The notes: generated by a model from the sequence alone, not told the origin. A stretch of DNA of 64,000 nt from Thermodesulfobacteriota bacterium (GCA_026415035.1 JAOAHX010000013.1:13717-77716); one strand, 5' to 3'. Counted from the first letter of the stretch, positions 9,606 to 20,079 are shown. A program made the numbers and translations.

Positions 9606-10580
9606 ATGCTTATTCTGGACAAAAAGGATCTGGAAGAGCTTCTGCCGATGGAAGAGGTGATAGAGGTTCTAAGGGCGGGATTCCGCGAGGTCAAAGAGGG
9701 CCGATGCGTCGTTCCGGTCCGGTTCCACCTTGCCGTCGGAGAGTATCAAGGGCAGTTTCTCTTCATGCCCGCCTACCTCTCCGGCCTGAAGCAGGCTGGG
9801 ACGAAGATCGTCTCGGTCTTTCCCCAGAATGTCTCCAGGGGAAAACCTACGATCTATGCGACCTATCTGCTCTGCGATCCGACCACCGGGGAGTTGCTGG
9901 CGGTGATGGAAGGGGCCACGCTCACGGGGATTCGCACGGGCGCCGCCTCCGGATTGGCGACTGGGTACCTCGCAAGAAAGGAGGCGAAGGCCCTCGGCGT
10001 GATCGGAACGGGCTTCCAATCTTATTTTCAGGTCAGGGCGATCCAGGCCGTTCGCTCCATCGAGGAGATCTGGGCCTACGATACCGACCCAAACAGGCTT
10101 CGGGAATTCTGCGAGAGGTTTTCGCCCTTCGTTAAGGTCCATCCCGTTTCGAGTGCCTCGGAGGTCGTGAGGCCAAGCGACATCCTGATCACCTCAACCA
10201 CTTCCACCACGCCGGTCTTTTCCGGAAGGGACCTGAAGCCCGGAACCCACATCAACGCCATCGGCGCCTTCCGTCCCGATATGCGCGAGACCGACGACGA
10301 GACCGTCCTCCGGGCCAAGATCGTTGTCGACACCTACGAGGGCTGTCTCAGCGAGGCAGGCGACCTGCTCATCCCCATGGCCGAGGGAAAGTTGAAAAAG
10401 GAGGCTATCCATGGAGATCTGGGAGACCTGGTCACCGGAAGGAAGAAGGGGAGAGAGACGGAGGAGGAGATCACCTTATTTAAATCGGTGGGCTTTGCCA
10501 TGGAGGATGTGGTGACCGCCTCCCATGCCTATGAAAAGGCAGGCCGAAGCGGGATGGGAAAGAGGATCGAGCTCTTGTAA
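9606..10580 (+). CDS. Ornithine cyclodeaminase/mu-crystallin family protein
   Basis: MPAY, KIVSVFP, LTGIRTGAAS, IGTGFQ, HINAIGA, FKSVGFAMED. Confidence 0.92.
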   Translation: MLILDKKDLEELLPMEEVIEVLRAGFREVKEGRCVVPVRFHLAVGEYQGQFLFMPAYLSGLKQAGTKIVSVFPQNVSRGKPTIYATYLLCDPTTGELLAVMEGATLTGIRTGAASGLATGYLARKEAKALGVIGTGFQSYFQVRAIQAVRSIEEIWAYDTDPNRLREFCERFSPFVKVHPVSSASEVVRPSDILITSTTSTTPVFSGRDLKPGTHINAIGAFRPDMRETDDETVLRAKIVVDTYEGCLSEAGDLLIPMAEGKLKKEAIHGDLGDLVTGRKKGRETEEEITLFKSVGFAMEDVVTASHAYEKAGRSGMGKRIELL

Positions 10581-10594
10581 AGGGAGGGTCGAAC

Positions 10595-12223
10595 GTGAAC
10601 GGCATCTTCAGGATCGAAAAACCGGTGAACGAACCCGTCTGTTCCTATGCCCCAGGAACGGTGGAGAGGGAGAAGTTGAAGGCCCAGCTGGCCAAGATGT
10701 TGAAGGAGGAGGTCGAGATTCCCCTCCTCATCGGAGGAAAGGAGGTCCGCACGGGCGACCTCGGCGAATGCCGATGTCCCCACGACCATGGGCATCTCCT
10801 GGGCCGTTACCATAAAGCAGGCCCGAGGGAGGTGGAGAAAGCGATCGAGGAGGCCCGGAAGGCCTGGCAGGAGTGGTCGGAGATGGACTGGGTGGCGCGG
10901 GCCACGATCTTTCTGAGGGCGGCGGAATTGATCACCTCCAAATACCGCTTCATCCTCAATGCGGCGACGATGCTGGGCCAGTCGAAGACCGCGCACCAAG
11001 CCGAGATCGATTCTGCGTGTGAGGTCGCCGACCTCTATCGCTTCAATCCCTACTACATGAGCCAGATCTACCACTGGCAACCCGAATCGACGGCCGAGGC
11101 CTGGAATCGTCTCGACTATCGGCCTCTCGAAGGGTTCGTCTTTGCTGTCTCGCCTTTCAACTTCACGGCCATCGCGGGCAATCTTCCGACCGCCCCGGCC
11201 ATGATGGGCAATACCGTGGTCTGGAAGCCCGCTTCCACGGCCGTCTATTCAGCTTACTTCCTGACACGCTTGTGGAAGGAGGCAGGCCTTCCTGACGGCG
11301 TGATCAACTTCATCCCCGGTTCGGCAAGCACCATCGGAAATCTCGTGCTCACCCATCCCGATCTGGCAGGGCTTCACTTCACCGGCAGCACCTCCACCTT
11401 CCTCGAGATGTGGAGGACGATCGGTACCCACATCGAGCGATATAAGACCTATCCGAGGATCGTGGGGGAGACCGGAGGGAAGGACTTCGTCTTCGTCCAC
11501 CGCTCTGCCGACGTGGAGGTGGCGACCACGGCCCTCATCCGCGGGGCCTTCGAATACCAAGGCCAGAAGTGTTCGGCCGCAAGTCGGGCCTACATCCCGT
11601 CCAACCTGTGGCCCTCGCTCAAGGAGCGGCTGATCGACGAGATCAAGACGATCCGGATGGGCGACGTGACCGATTTTTCAAACTTCATGGGAGCGGTCAT
11701 CGACCAGGCCTCCTTTGAGAAGATCTCGAGCTACATCGACTACGCGAGGCATTCGGGAGAGACCGAGGTCCTCTGCGGGGGCGGCTGCGACAGGTCGAAG
11801 GGATACTTCATCGAGCCGACCCTCATCCTCACCCAGAACCCCCATCACCGGCTGATGGTCGAGGAGATCTTTGGCCCTGTCTTGACCCTCTTCGTCTACC
11901 CGGAGGAGGCCTTCGAGGAGACCCTCGAGCTCTGTAACCGAACGTCTCCTTATGGCCTCACGGGCAGCATCCTGGCAAGCGACCGGAAGGCGATCGAAAA
12001 GGGGTTGAAGGCCCTCCGCCATGCCGCGGGCAATTTCTATATCAACGACAAGCCGACCGGCGCGGTGGTGGCCCAACAGCCCTTCGGAGGGGGGAGGCAG
12101 TCCGGGACGAACGACAAGGCGGGCTCGATCTTCAACCTCATCCGTTGGACCAGCCCGAGGGCGATCAAAGAGAACCTTCTCCCTCCGACCGATTATCGCT
12201 ATCCCTTCCTGGCCGAACCTTGA
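10595..12223 (+). CDS. pruA: L-glutamate gamma-semialdehyde (P5C) dehydrogenase
   Basis: NEPV.SYAPG, SPFNFTAI, GETGGKDF, FEYQGQKCSA, YINDKPTGAVV. Confidence 0.93.
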   Translation: MNGIFRIEKPVNEPVCSYAPGTVEREKLKAQLAKMLKEEVEIPLLIGGKEVRTGDLGECRCPHDHGHLLGRYHKAGPREVEKAIEEARKAWQEWSEMDWVARATIFLRAAELITSKYRFILNAATMLGQSKTAHQAEIDSACEVADLYRFNPYYMSQIYHWQPESTAEAWNRLDYRPLEGFVFAVSPFNFTAIAGNLPTAPAMMGNTVVWKPASTAVYSAYFLTRLWKEAGLPDGVINFIPGSASTIGNLVLTHPDLAGLHFTGSTSTFLEMWRTIGTHIERYKTYPRIVGETGGKDFVFVHRSADVEVATTALIRGAFEYQGQKCSAASRAYIPSNLWPSLKERLIDEIKTIRMGDVTDFSNFMGAVIDQASFEKISSYIDYARHSGETEVLCGGGCDRSKGYFIEPTLILTQNPHHRLMVEEIFGPVLTLFVYPEEAFEETLELCNRTSPYGLTGSILASDRKAIEKGLKALRHAAGNFYINDKPTGAVVAQQPFGGGRQSGTNDKAGSIFNLIRWTSPRAIKENLLPPTDYRYPFLAEP

Positions 12224-12275
12224 TGAGGAAAGGCCGGCTCCGAAGGAGGGAATCGTACGACGAGAGGAGAATGCG

Positions 12276-13799
12276 ATGAAGGCACTGCTTGAGAAGCTCG
12301 GCATCCGTGAGGTCAACCGGGGCGCCTGTTCAGGAGCCGACCTCTGGTTCGACGATCCGGAAGGCAAGGAGTTGACCTCCTACAACCCGACCACCGGGGA
12401 GCCCATTGCCAAGGTGATCCAGGCGACGGAGAAGAGTTACGATCAGGTGGTCTCCCATGCGGTCAAGGCCTTCAAGACCTGGCGTATGGTCCCCGCGCCG
12501 AAGCGGGGGCTCCTCGCCCGGGACTTTGCCCAGCTCTTGAGGGAGTTCAAAGAACCCCTAGGCGAGCTGGTGACCCTCGAGATGGGAAAGATCAAGGTGG
12601 AAGGGATGGGGGAGGTCCAGGAGATGATCGACATCTGCGACTTCGCCGTAGGTCTCTCGAGGCAACTCTATGGGCTGACCATGCATTCGGAAAGGCCCGG
12701 CCACCGGATGTACGAGCAGTGGCATCCTCTCGGAGCCATCGGCGTGATCACGGCCTTCAACTTCCCTGTGGCGGTCTGGTCCTGGAACGCGGCCATCGCG
12801 GGCGTGTGCGGAGATACGGTCGTCTGGAAACCCTCCTCCGAAACGCCCCTCTGTGCCGTAGCCGTCCAGCACCTCGCCAACCGGATCATGGCCGATCACG
12901 GCCTATCGGGCATTTTCAACCTCGTCATCGGTCCGGGGTCGGTCATCGGTAGGAGGATGATCGACGATCCGAGGCTTCCCCTCCTCTCCTTCACAGGCTC
13001 GACCAAGATGGGTCGCCAGGTGGCCGAAGGGGTGGCCAGGAGGCTCGGACGGACGATCCTCGAATTGGGCGGAAACAACGCCATTATCGTGGCCGAGGAT
13101 GCCGATCTGGAGATGGCCGTCCGATCCATCCTCTTCGGCGCGGTGGGGACAGCGGGTCAGCGATGCACCTCGACCCGCAGGATCATCGTCCATCGCTCGG
13201 TCAGTCAGGAGTTGACCGAGAGGCTCTGCAAAGCCTATAGCCAGGTCCGGATCGGAGATCCTCTAAAGGAAGGGGTCCTGATGGGCCCCCTGGTGACGAA
13301 GGAGGCCGTCGAGGAGATGATGGCCGCCCTGGAGAAGGCGAGGCAGCAGGGCGGGGTCATCCTCTACGGGGGGAGGCGGCTTTCGGACCTTGGGGAGCGA
13401 TTCGTCGAACCGACGATCGTGAAGATGCCGGCTCAGACCGAGATCGTCCACCATGAGACCTTTGCCCCAATCCTCTACCTTATCGAATACGAGGACTTCG
13501 AGGAGGCGATCCGGATCCACAATGAAGTGCCCCAGGGGCTTTCGAGCGCCATCTTCACCCGGAGCCTGAGGACGGCCGAGCGGTTCCTCTCCCATGAGGG
13601 GTCGGACTGCGGGATCGCCAATGTCAATATCGGGACCTCGGGTGCGGAGATCGGAGGGGCCTTCGGAGGCGAAAAGGAGACCGGCGGCGGCAGGGAGTCG
13701 GGATCCGACGCCTGGAAGGGCTACATGCGGCGCCAGACCAACACGATCAACTGGTCCACGGAACTTCCCCTCGCCCAGGGCATCAAGTTCGGGGACTGA
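12276..13799 (+). CDS. ALDH7-family alpha-aminoadipic semialdehyde/piperideine-6-carboxylate dehydrogenase
   Basis: GEVQEMIDICDFAVGLSRQLYG, TAGQRCT, SGAEIGGAFGGEKETGGGRESGSDAWK; start placed at the ATG after GAGGAG. Confidence 0.9.
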   Translation: MKALLEKLGIREVNRGACSGADLWFDDPEGKELTSYNPTTGEPIAKVIQATEKSYDQVVSHAVKAFKTWRMVPAPKRGLLARDFAQLLREFKEPLGELVTLEMGKIKVEGMGEVQEMIDICDFAVGLSRQLYGLTMHSERPGHRMYEQWHPLGAIGVITAFNFPVAVWSWNAAIAGVCGDTVVWKPSSETPLCAVAVQHLANRIMADHGLSGIFNLVIGPGSVIGRRMIDDPRLPLLSFTGSTKMGRQVAEGVARRLGRTILELGGNNAIIVAEDADLEMAVRSILFGAVGTAGQRCTSTRRIIVHRSVSQELTERLCKAYSQVRIGDPLKEGVLMGPLVTKEAVEEMMAALEKARQQGGVILYGGRRLSDLGERFVEPTIVKMPAQTEIVHHETFAPILYLIEYEDFEEAIRIHNEVPQGLSSAIFTRSLRTAERFLSHEGSDCGIANVNIGTSGAEIGGAFGGEKETGGGRESGSDAWKGYMRRQTNTINWSTELPLAQGIKFGD

Positions 13800-13982
13800 T
13801 CCCTTCCATCGGATGCCCGCCCCAAAGCCGGAATAGCTTCTGTCAGGATCTTTCGCACCTCATCAATCCCGGAATACCCACAGTGGGAGTTTCTCTTTTT
13901 TGTCTTCGAACCGGCCTTCAACGATCTTCCCAGACCTCTTCGTTTGGTGTAAAATAGGCCCGAATGAGATGGGGAGGATCCT

Positions 13983-16199
13983 ATGGGAGAATATCCGAGT
14001 CGGGAGGACCTCGTAAAGATCGCCGAGATGGCTGACGAGGGGATCGTTGTCTTTGACGAGGATTATACGATCGAGTTTGCCAATACCGTGGCCTCGCAAT
14101 TGACCGGCTACCCGAAAGAGAGGTTGCTCGGGATGGATTTTCGTCGCCTCCTCACCGAGAGGGATCGAGACCATCTCCACCGGATGCAGTCCGATGCGGG
14201 AGGGGACGAAACCAGGCGGGTTTGTACCGAGATGGAGATCCTCACCGCAAAAGGCCTAAGGAGGGATATGGAGGTTTGCATCGCCCTCTCGAGGGAGGAG
14301 GAGAAAGGGACGAAAACCTATGCCTACCTGAGAGATATTACGGATGCCAAGAGGATGGCCAGGGAGGTTCGTGAGGCGACCAAGCGGTTCGAGAAGATCG
14401 CAGAGATGGGTGAGGATGGCATCCTCGTCTTCGATGAGGAGTCCAAGATCGAATTTGCGAACCAGAAGGCGGCCGAGATCTTAGGGATGCCGAAGGAGGA
14501 GATCCTCGGCAGGGAATTCTTTTCCCTCATCGGGAAGAGGGATGAGGAGTTTCTCGAGGAGATGGTGATGCGGGGGGAGGGGATGGGTCAGAAGGTCTGT
14601 ATCGAGATGACGTTGATCACCCCCCAGGGCCACTCCAAAGAGGCGGAGGTTTGCATCGCACCGGTCCAATCGGAGGACGGGCCGATCAAGACCTACGCCT
14701 ATATCCGGGATATCACGGAGAGGAAGAGGTATGAAAAGGAGATCCTGGAGTCTGAGGAGAAGTATCGAAACCTCTTCGAACGGGTCCAGCACGGCCTCTT
14801 CATCAGCACGAAAGAGGGGAGGTTTCTCGACTGCAATCAGGCCCTGGTGGAGATGGCGGGCTACTCGACCAAGGAGGAGTTCCTGAAGATCGACATCCCC
14901 CGGGATCTCTATGTCAACAAAGAGGACCGAGAGAAATTTCAGAGGTTGATCGAAGCGAAGGGCTTCGTGAAAGATCTGGAGGTGGAATTCAAGAAGAAGA
15001 ACGGCGAGAAGATCACCATCCTCCTCACGGCCCATGCCAAAAGGGACGAGAAGGGCGAGATCGTCGGCTACGAGGGTCTCAACATCGACATCTCCGAGAG
15101 GAAACGGATGGAGCGGGAGCTGAGGGAGGCCAACCAGTTCTTGAGGAACCTGATCGAAAGCTCTGTGGACGGGATCATCGCCGCCGACATGAAGGGCAAC
15201 ATCATCATCTTCAACAAAGGGGCAGAGGCCCTGACGGGTTACACGGCCGAGGAGGTGATCGGAAAGATCCACATCACCCAGATCTATCCCGAAGGGGTAG
15301 CCAAGGAGGTGATGAGGAAGCTCCGGAGCCCTGACTACGGTGGGGTGGGAAAGTTCGCGCCCACGCAGCTCGAGGTGGTCAACAAACAGGGCGAAAAGAT
15401 TCCCATCCAGCTCTCCGCCGCCCTCATCTATGACGAGGCGGGCAGAGAGATCGCAAGCGTCGGGATCTTCACGGACCTGAGGCCGAGGCTGAAGATGGAG
15501 AAGGAGATCCAGGAGATCCAGCAGGCCCTGCTCCAATCCGAAAAGCTGGCCGCCATGGGAAGGCTCACCTCGCAGATCGCCCATGAATTGAACAACCCCA
15601 TCTACGGGATCATGAACACCCTGGAGCTCTTGAAGACCGAGATCCCTCCTGAGAGCAAGAGGCGGAGAATCTTAGAGCTCTCCCTCTCCGAAACCCATCG
15701 GCTGGCGGAGATGCTCCGAAACATGCTGAGCTTCTCGAAGCCCGAAGAGGAGGAGCGGAGGCCCGTCAACCTGAACGAACTGTTGGAGGGGATCCTCCTC
15801 ATCGTGGACAAGCAGATGCAGGAGGCCAATATCAAGGTCAAGACGTACTTTGACGAACGGATCCCCACGGTGATGGCCTCCACGAACCAGCTGAGGCAGG
15901 TGATCCTCAACATGGTGAAGAATGCGAAGGAGGCCATGCCCAAAGGGGGCAGCCTCACCATCGCCACCGGGAGGGAGAGGGATCGGGTCTTGATCCACAT
16001 CCGGGACACGGGCGTGGGCATCCCGGAGGAACACAGGAATAAGATCTTCGAGGCCTTCTTCACGACCAAACAAAAGGTCAAAGGGGTGGGCTTAGGCCTT
16101 TCGGTCTGTTACGGGATCATCAAAAGTCACGGAGGGGAGATCAAGGTCGAAAGCGAAGAGGGCAAAGGCACCCACTTCACCATCAGCCTTCCTGCCTGA
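13983..16199 (+). CDS. Cytoplasmic multi-PAS sensor histidine kinase
   Basis: Four PAS/PAC repeats; H-box AHELNNP, N-box, DTGVGI, FFTTK, GLGL; no TM segments. Confidence 0.93.
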   Translation: MGEYPSREDLVKIAEMADEGIVVFDEDYTIEFANTVASQLTGYPKERLLGMDFRRLLTERDRDHLHRMQSDAGGDETRRVCTEMEILTAKGLRRDMEVCIALSREEEKGTKTYAYLRDITDAKRMAREVREATKRFEKIAEMGEDGILVFDEESKIEFANQKAAEILGMPKEEILGREFFSLIGKRDEEFLEEMVMRGEGMGQKVCIEMTLITPQGHSKEAEVCIAPVQSEDGPIKTYAYIRDITERKRYEKEILESEEKYRNLFERVQHGLFISTKEGRFLDCNQALVEMAGYSTKEEFLKIDIPRDLYVNKEDREKFQRLIEAKGFVKDLEVEFKKKNGEKITILLTAHAKRDEKGEIVGYEGLNIDISERKRMERELREANQFLRNLIESSVDGIIAADMKGNIIIFNKGAEALTGYTAEEVIGKIHITQIYPEGVAKEVMRKLRSPDYGGVGKFAPTQLEVVNKQGEKIPIQLSAALIYDEAGREIASVGIFTDLRPRLKMEKEIQEIQQALLQSEKLAAMGRLTSQIAHELNNPIYGIMNTLELLKTEIPPESKRRRILELSLSETHRLAEMLRNMLSFSKPEEEERRPVNLNELLEGILLIVDKQMQEANIKVKTYFDERIPTVMASTNQLRQVILNMVKNAKEAMPKGGSLTIATGRERDRVLIHIRDTGVGIPEEHRNKIFEAFFTTKQKVKGVGLGLSVCYGIIKSHGGEIKVESEEGKGTHFTISLPA

Positions 16200-16417
16200 G
16201 TAATGATTTGGGGGAAACGAATATCTTGCTCTAAGCGGCCTGTTTCTTTCGATTTCTGATAGGCTGCTTCCCCGATGATCTCGACCTCTTTAATCAGCGT
16301 TAAGGTAAGCTTACGGTCATGATCAAAGGCTTCGCGTTGTTTCTCAAGGGTAAAGTCCATGATCTCACGGGCGGCATCCAGCATGTGCTGTAGTCGGATT
16401 CGATCATCCTTCCACAT
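16200..16417 (-). pseudogene. HepT (DUF86/HEPN) ribonuclease toxin, 3'-truncated
   Basis: [13 protein letters not shown]...EIIGEAA...FPQII matches the DUF86 N-terminus; similarity stops at the kinase stop codon before the R-X4-H motif; the frame runs on antisense to 16127. Confidence 0.75.
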
Positions 16418-16709
16418 ATTGCACCTCTGCTTTTTCCTGGATCTCCTTTCGGAAATAACGGCTGAGGTCCTCGGGAGTGCGGAGGTCCACCTTACGGCCT
16501 CCAAACAAAGCAGAGAGTTCCCGTTCCATTCGAGCGATCTTTAAGAGACTTGGAACGTGATCGGGCTCAAATTCAACCAATAAATCGATGTCACTGTCCG
16601 GGGAAAAGTCTTCCCGAAGGGCCGATCCAAACAGGGCCAGGCGTCGGATATGGTAGCGCCGGCAAAACTCTGATAGTTCTTGCTGAGGAATGTTTAAATT
16701 TTTTTTCAT
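16404..16709 (-). CDS. Minimal nucleotidyltransferase (MNT/MntA-type antitoxin)
   Basis: [22 protein letters not shown] (GS-X10-DXD) and KVDL; overlaps the HepT start. Confidence 0.9.
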   Translation of the reverse strand: MKKNLNIPQQELSEFCRRYHIRRLALFGSALREDFSPDSDIDLLVEFEPDHVPSLLKIARMERELSALFGGRKVDLRTPEDLSRYFRKEIQEKAEVQYVEG

Positions 16710-16744
16710 CCTTATCCCCCACTCCTTTTGAATGGGTCTTTTCT

Positions 16745-17242
16745 TCACTTAAACTCCACGAACTGGTCTTTGGGGGCGGAGCAAACCGGACAGGTCTCAG
16801 GACAGTGGCCATCTGCCACGAAGCCGCACACCTGACAGACATAATAAGTGGTTTCCCGCTCCCCGATCAGGTGATTGATGGCCATTTTGTAGAGTTTGGC
16901 ATGGCCCTCCTCGACGTCTCTCGCCTGGGAGAAGATCGTGGCAGAGGCGGTATCCCCTGCGTTCTCGGCAAGGGCGATGAAATTTTCGTAGGCCACCCCT
17001 GCGATCCCTGTCTCGGACTGGAAACTCTCTTTAAGATTTGACTCAGTATCCTTTATCTCCCTTAACATCCGGAGGGCCCGCTCGCCATGGATCTCCTCGC
17101 TGAAGGCGATGACCCGAAAGAGTTTGGCCATCTGGGGAAGCCCCTCCTGGTCCGCCTTTTTGGCAAAGACCTTCAATCGGAGGGCCGCTTTTGCCTCCGC
17201 CTCATAGACGGTTTGAAAGGCCTCTCGGATCTTCTCCTCCAT
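16745..17242 (-). CDS. Rubrerythrin family protein
   Basis: Diiron E..H motifs (SEEIH, VEEGH) and C-terminal rubredoxin CQVCG...CPVC. Confidence 0.9.
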   Translation of the reverse strand: MEEKIREAFQTVYEAEAKAALRLKVFAKKADQEGLPQMAKLFRVIAFSEEIHGERALRMLREIKDTESNLKESFQSETGIAGVAYENFIALAENAGDTASATIFSQARDVEEGHAKLYKMAINHLIGERETTYYVCQVCGFVADGHCPETCPVCSAPKDQFVEFK

Positions 17243-17556
17243 CCTCCCCTCCCGATTTGGGAATGATCTTTTACCCCTCTCAATAGAAAATCAGGGATGG
17301 CTCCAGTATATCACAAAAATATCTGACGTTGAAACCTTGCACAGTAAGGTGCGATGAAAACGGGATTGTGAATCTTTTCTTCTTGAATTTTTCCAATTTT
17401 TCCTCATAATAAAGTCACCCTCCCATTCGGAAGGGTTCGTTGCAGGCTGGCCTCGAACCTTCTCCGACTGAGCAAATGGCTTAATTAACTTAATTAAAAT
17501 GACAAGGGGGATAGACGGAGCGTAAGAAGTCAACCTCGTGAGAAGGAGGAAAACCG

Positions 17557-18582
17557 ATGAAATTCGAGAGGTTTGAGGGGTGCTGGACGGCGATGGTGAC
17601 GCCCTTCGATCGAAAGGGGGAGGTCGATTACGAGGGGCTTGAGAAGAACGTGAGGTTTCTCATCGAGAACGGCTCGAATCTCGTCCCGACCGGAACGACC
17701 GGAGAGTCTCCGACACTGGACTGGAAGGAGCACGACCGGGTCATCACCAAAACGGTGAAGTTAGCCAAAGGGAAGGCCTTTGTCATCGCAGGGACCGGTT
17801 CCAACTCCACCAGAGAGGCCTTCCGCGGGACGAAACACGCGGTGGAAGTGGGGGCGCAGGGCGCCCTCTTGGTCGACTGCTATTACAATGGCCCTTCTTC
17901 GCTCGAGCTCCGGACCCAGTATTACGAGGTGATCGCCAAGGCCTTCCGGAAAACGTATATCGTCCCCTACGTCATTCCGGGAAGGACGGGGACGAAGCTG
18001 GAAGTGGAGGACTTAGCCATTCTTCACCGAAAATTTAAGAACGTCCGGGCCGTGAAAGAAGCCACGGGTGATCTCGACCGGATGGCCAAGACGAGGAGGC
18101 TCTGTGGCGAGGACTTCGACATCCTCTCCGGAGACGACGACAAGACCTTCGAGATGATGACCCGGGAGGACATCCGGGCCACCGGCGTCATCTCCGTCAT
18201 GTCCAACATCGTCCCAGGCCCCATCAACGTGATGGTCATGTCGATCCTGAAAGGGGACATGGAGAGGGCCAACTATCTGAAAGGGGTCTTAGATCCCCTC
18301 TTTAAAGTCGTGACCGTCAATACGGTCGAATCTTACGAAGGGTTTGAAGTGCCTTGCAGGTTCCGAAATCCGGTGGCGATCAAGACGATGATGAGGGGGC
18401 TCGGAATGCCCTCCGGCCCCTGCCGCCAACCCCTCGGAAAGATGACCCCCAAAGGGGTGGAGATCGTGCGAAACGCCCTGAAGGCCGTCTATGAGAAAGA
18501 CCGATCGATCCTCCAGCCCATCGAGGAATTCTACAAGGTGAAGATCGAAGACCGGCTGGCCAACGACCGCCATTGGAAATAG
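17557..18582 (+). CDS. dapA: 4-hydroxy-tetrahydrodipicolinate synthase (long variant)
   Basis: AMVTPF, GTTGES, AGTGSNST, YVIPGRTG, VKEATG, LSGDD. Confidence 0.85.
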   Translation: MKFERFEGCWTAMVTPFDRKGEVDYEGLEKNVRFLIENGSNLVPTGTTGESPTLDWKEHDRVITKTVKLAKGKAFVIAGTGSNSTREAFRGTKHAVEVGAQGALLVDCYYNGPSSLELRTQYYEVIAKAFRKTYIVPYVIPGRTGTKLEVEDLAILHRKFKNVRAVKEATGDLDRMAKTRRLCGEDFDILSGDDDKTFEMMTREDIRATGVISVMSNIVPGPINVMVMSILKGDMERANYLKGVLDPLFKVVTVNTVESYEGFEVPCRFRNPVAIKTMMRGLGMPSGPCRQPLGKMTPKGVEIVRNALKAVYEKDRSILQPIEEFYKVKIEDRLANDRHWK

Positions 18583-18604
18583 CAAGAATATGAAAGAGAT
18601 TTTG

Positions 18605-18635
18605 GGGCCTGCGCCTGAGGGAGCAGGCCCTTTTT
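18605..18635 (+). terminator. Intrinsic terminator after dapA
   Basis: GGGCCTGC...GCAGGCCC followed by TTTTT between convergent genes. Confidence 0.65.
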
Positions 18636-18636
18636 G

Positions 18637-20079
18637 TCACCAGGTGGGAAGGCTCGGAAGGACGAGGAGAAAGGCAAGCGAGGTGATCACGAAGTAGACG
18701 AAGAAGACCATGAGCAACCAGCCCATGATGTCCCGGAAGTTGAGTTTGGCCACGGCCAGCATGGCGATGGCCCAGAAGGGCTGGATCATGTCGGTCATCA
18801 TGTCGGCCCAGGCAAAGGTGACGACCGTCGCCCCCATCCCGACCCCTAACTGTTTGGCCGCTGGGATGATGTAGGGGGCCACGACCGCCCATTCCCCTCC
18901 TCCCGATGGGATGAGATAGTTGAGCAACCCGCCATACCAGTAGACGATCAGTGGAAAGGTCTGAGCCGAGGAGATGGCCACGAAGGCCTTGGTGAAGACG
19001 TCGGAAAGTAGGGTATATTTAAAGAGGCCGAGGATCCCCGCATAGAAAGGAAACTGGATGACGATCCCCCAGACCGCCCTTCCCGCATCCTCGGTCGCCT
19101 TGAGGAAGGACCAGGGTCGCCAGTGGAAGAGGATGCCGAGCATGAGCATCGAAAAGTTGACCACATCGAGCGTCAGCCCCCGCATGAAGCCCTTCTCTGA
19201 GAAATGCCAAATCAGCCAGACGAGTCCTCCGGCAAAGACGACGAGGTTGAACCCTGGCCACCAGTTCATCCACTCCGAGGGAGAGTCGAATCTTGCGGGC
19301 TTCGGAGGAGCCTCGTAGAGTTTCAGCTGGTTCATCAGGTCCGATTTCACGACGAAGGTCTTCTCGGGCTTCGGATGCATCAGGGCCATCAGGAGGGTGA
19401 CCACGACGACGATCACCAGGGTCAGGATGAGGTTGAAGGGATGAAAGATCGTGCTGGAGACTGGGATGGTTGCCTCGAGAAACTTCCCTTTGATGAGAAA
19501 GTTGTCCGGCGTAGCCACCAGCAGCGGCGCAGACCCCGAAAGGCCCGAGTGCCAGGTGCATCCGAGGCCGAGGTAGGCGGCCGCCACCAGGAGGCGGTAG
19601 TCCACCTTCGGATTTCGCCTAACGATGAAGAGGGCGAGCATGGCGCTTCCGATCAGGCTGAGGCCCCAGTTGAACCAGGCCATGAGCATGGAGAAGAGGG
19701 ACATCACGATAATGGCCTGGTAAGGTTTTTCTGGATTGGCCCAGCCCGAGATCCCCTCCATCAATTTTCGGACCGGTGGGGAACAGGCCAGGATGTAGCC
19801 CGTCATCATGATGAGGCACATCTGCATGCCGAAGGCGAGGAGCTCCCAGAACCCCTTGCCCCAGGCCTGAACCGACTGGTAGGCGCGGCTGCTAAGGCCG
19901 ACCTCCGGTTTAAATCCCCAGATGAGGGCAAAGAGATAGGCCACGAGGCTCAAGACGATGACGATGACCAGGGCATCGGGGATCCAACGCTCCGTCCAGC
20001 GTGTGAGCGCATCGCCCCAGTCCTTCAAAAACTCGAAGGTCCTTCTACTTTCTTCCTTTCTCTGTGCGTTCATAATCAT
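18637..20079 (-). CDS. atoE: Short-chain fatty acid transporter (AtoE family)
   Basis: WGKGFWELLAFGMQM, DYRLLVAAAY, QFPFYAGI, PSGGGEW, IQPFWA. Confidence 0.9.
   Translation of the reverse strand: MIMNAQRKEESRRTFEFLKDWGDALTRWTERWIPDALVIVIVLSLVAYLFALIWGFKPEVGLSSRAYQSVQAWGKGFWELLAFGMQMCLIMMTGYILACSPPVRKLMEGISGWANPEKPYQAIIVMSLFSMLMAWFNWGLSLIGSAMLALFIVRRNPKVDYRLLVAAAYLGLGCTWHSGLSGSAPLLVATPDNFLIKGKFLEATIPVSSTIFHPFNLILTLVIVVVVTLLMALMHPKPEKTFVVKSDLMNQLKLYEAPPKPARFDSPSEWMNWWPGFNLVVFAGGLVWLIWHFSEKGFMRGLTLDVVNFSMLMLGILFHWRPWSFLKATEDAGRAVWGIVIQFPFYAGILGLFKYTLLSDVFTKAFVAISSAQTFPLIVYWYGGLLNYLIPSGGGEWAVVAPYIIPAAKQLGVGMGATVVTFAWADMMTDMIQPFWAIAMLAVAKLNFRDIMGWLLMVFFVYFVITSLAFLLVLPSLPTW

Noticed and set aside
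12021..12275. N-terminal extension of the ALDH7 ORF
   Set aside because: Overlaps pruA; family similarity and the SD point to ATG 12276
17411..17540. Lysine riboswitch, 6S RNA or SRP RNA
   Set aside because: Conserved signature sequences of these RNAs were not found; kept only as an unknown structured leader
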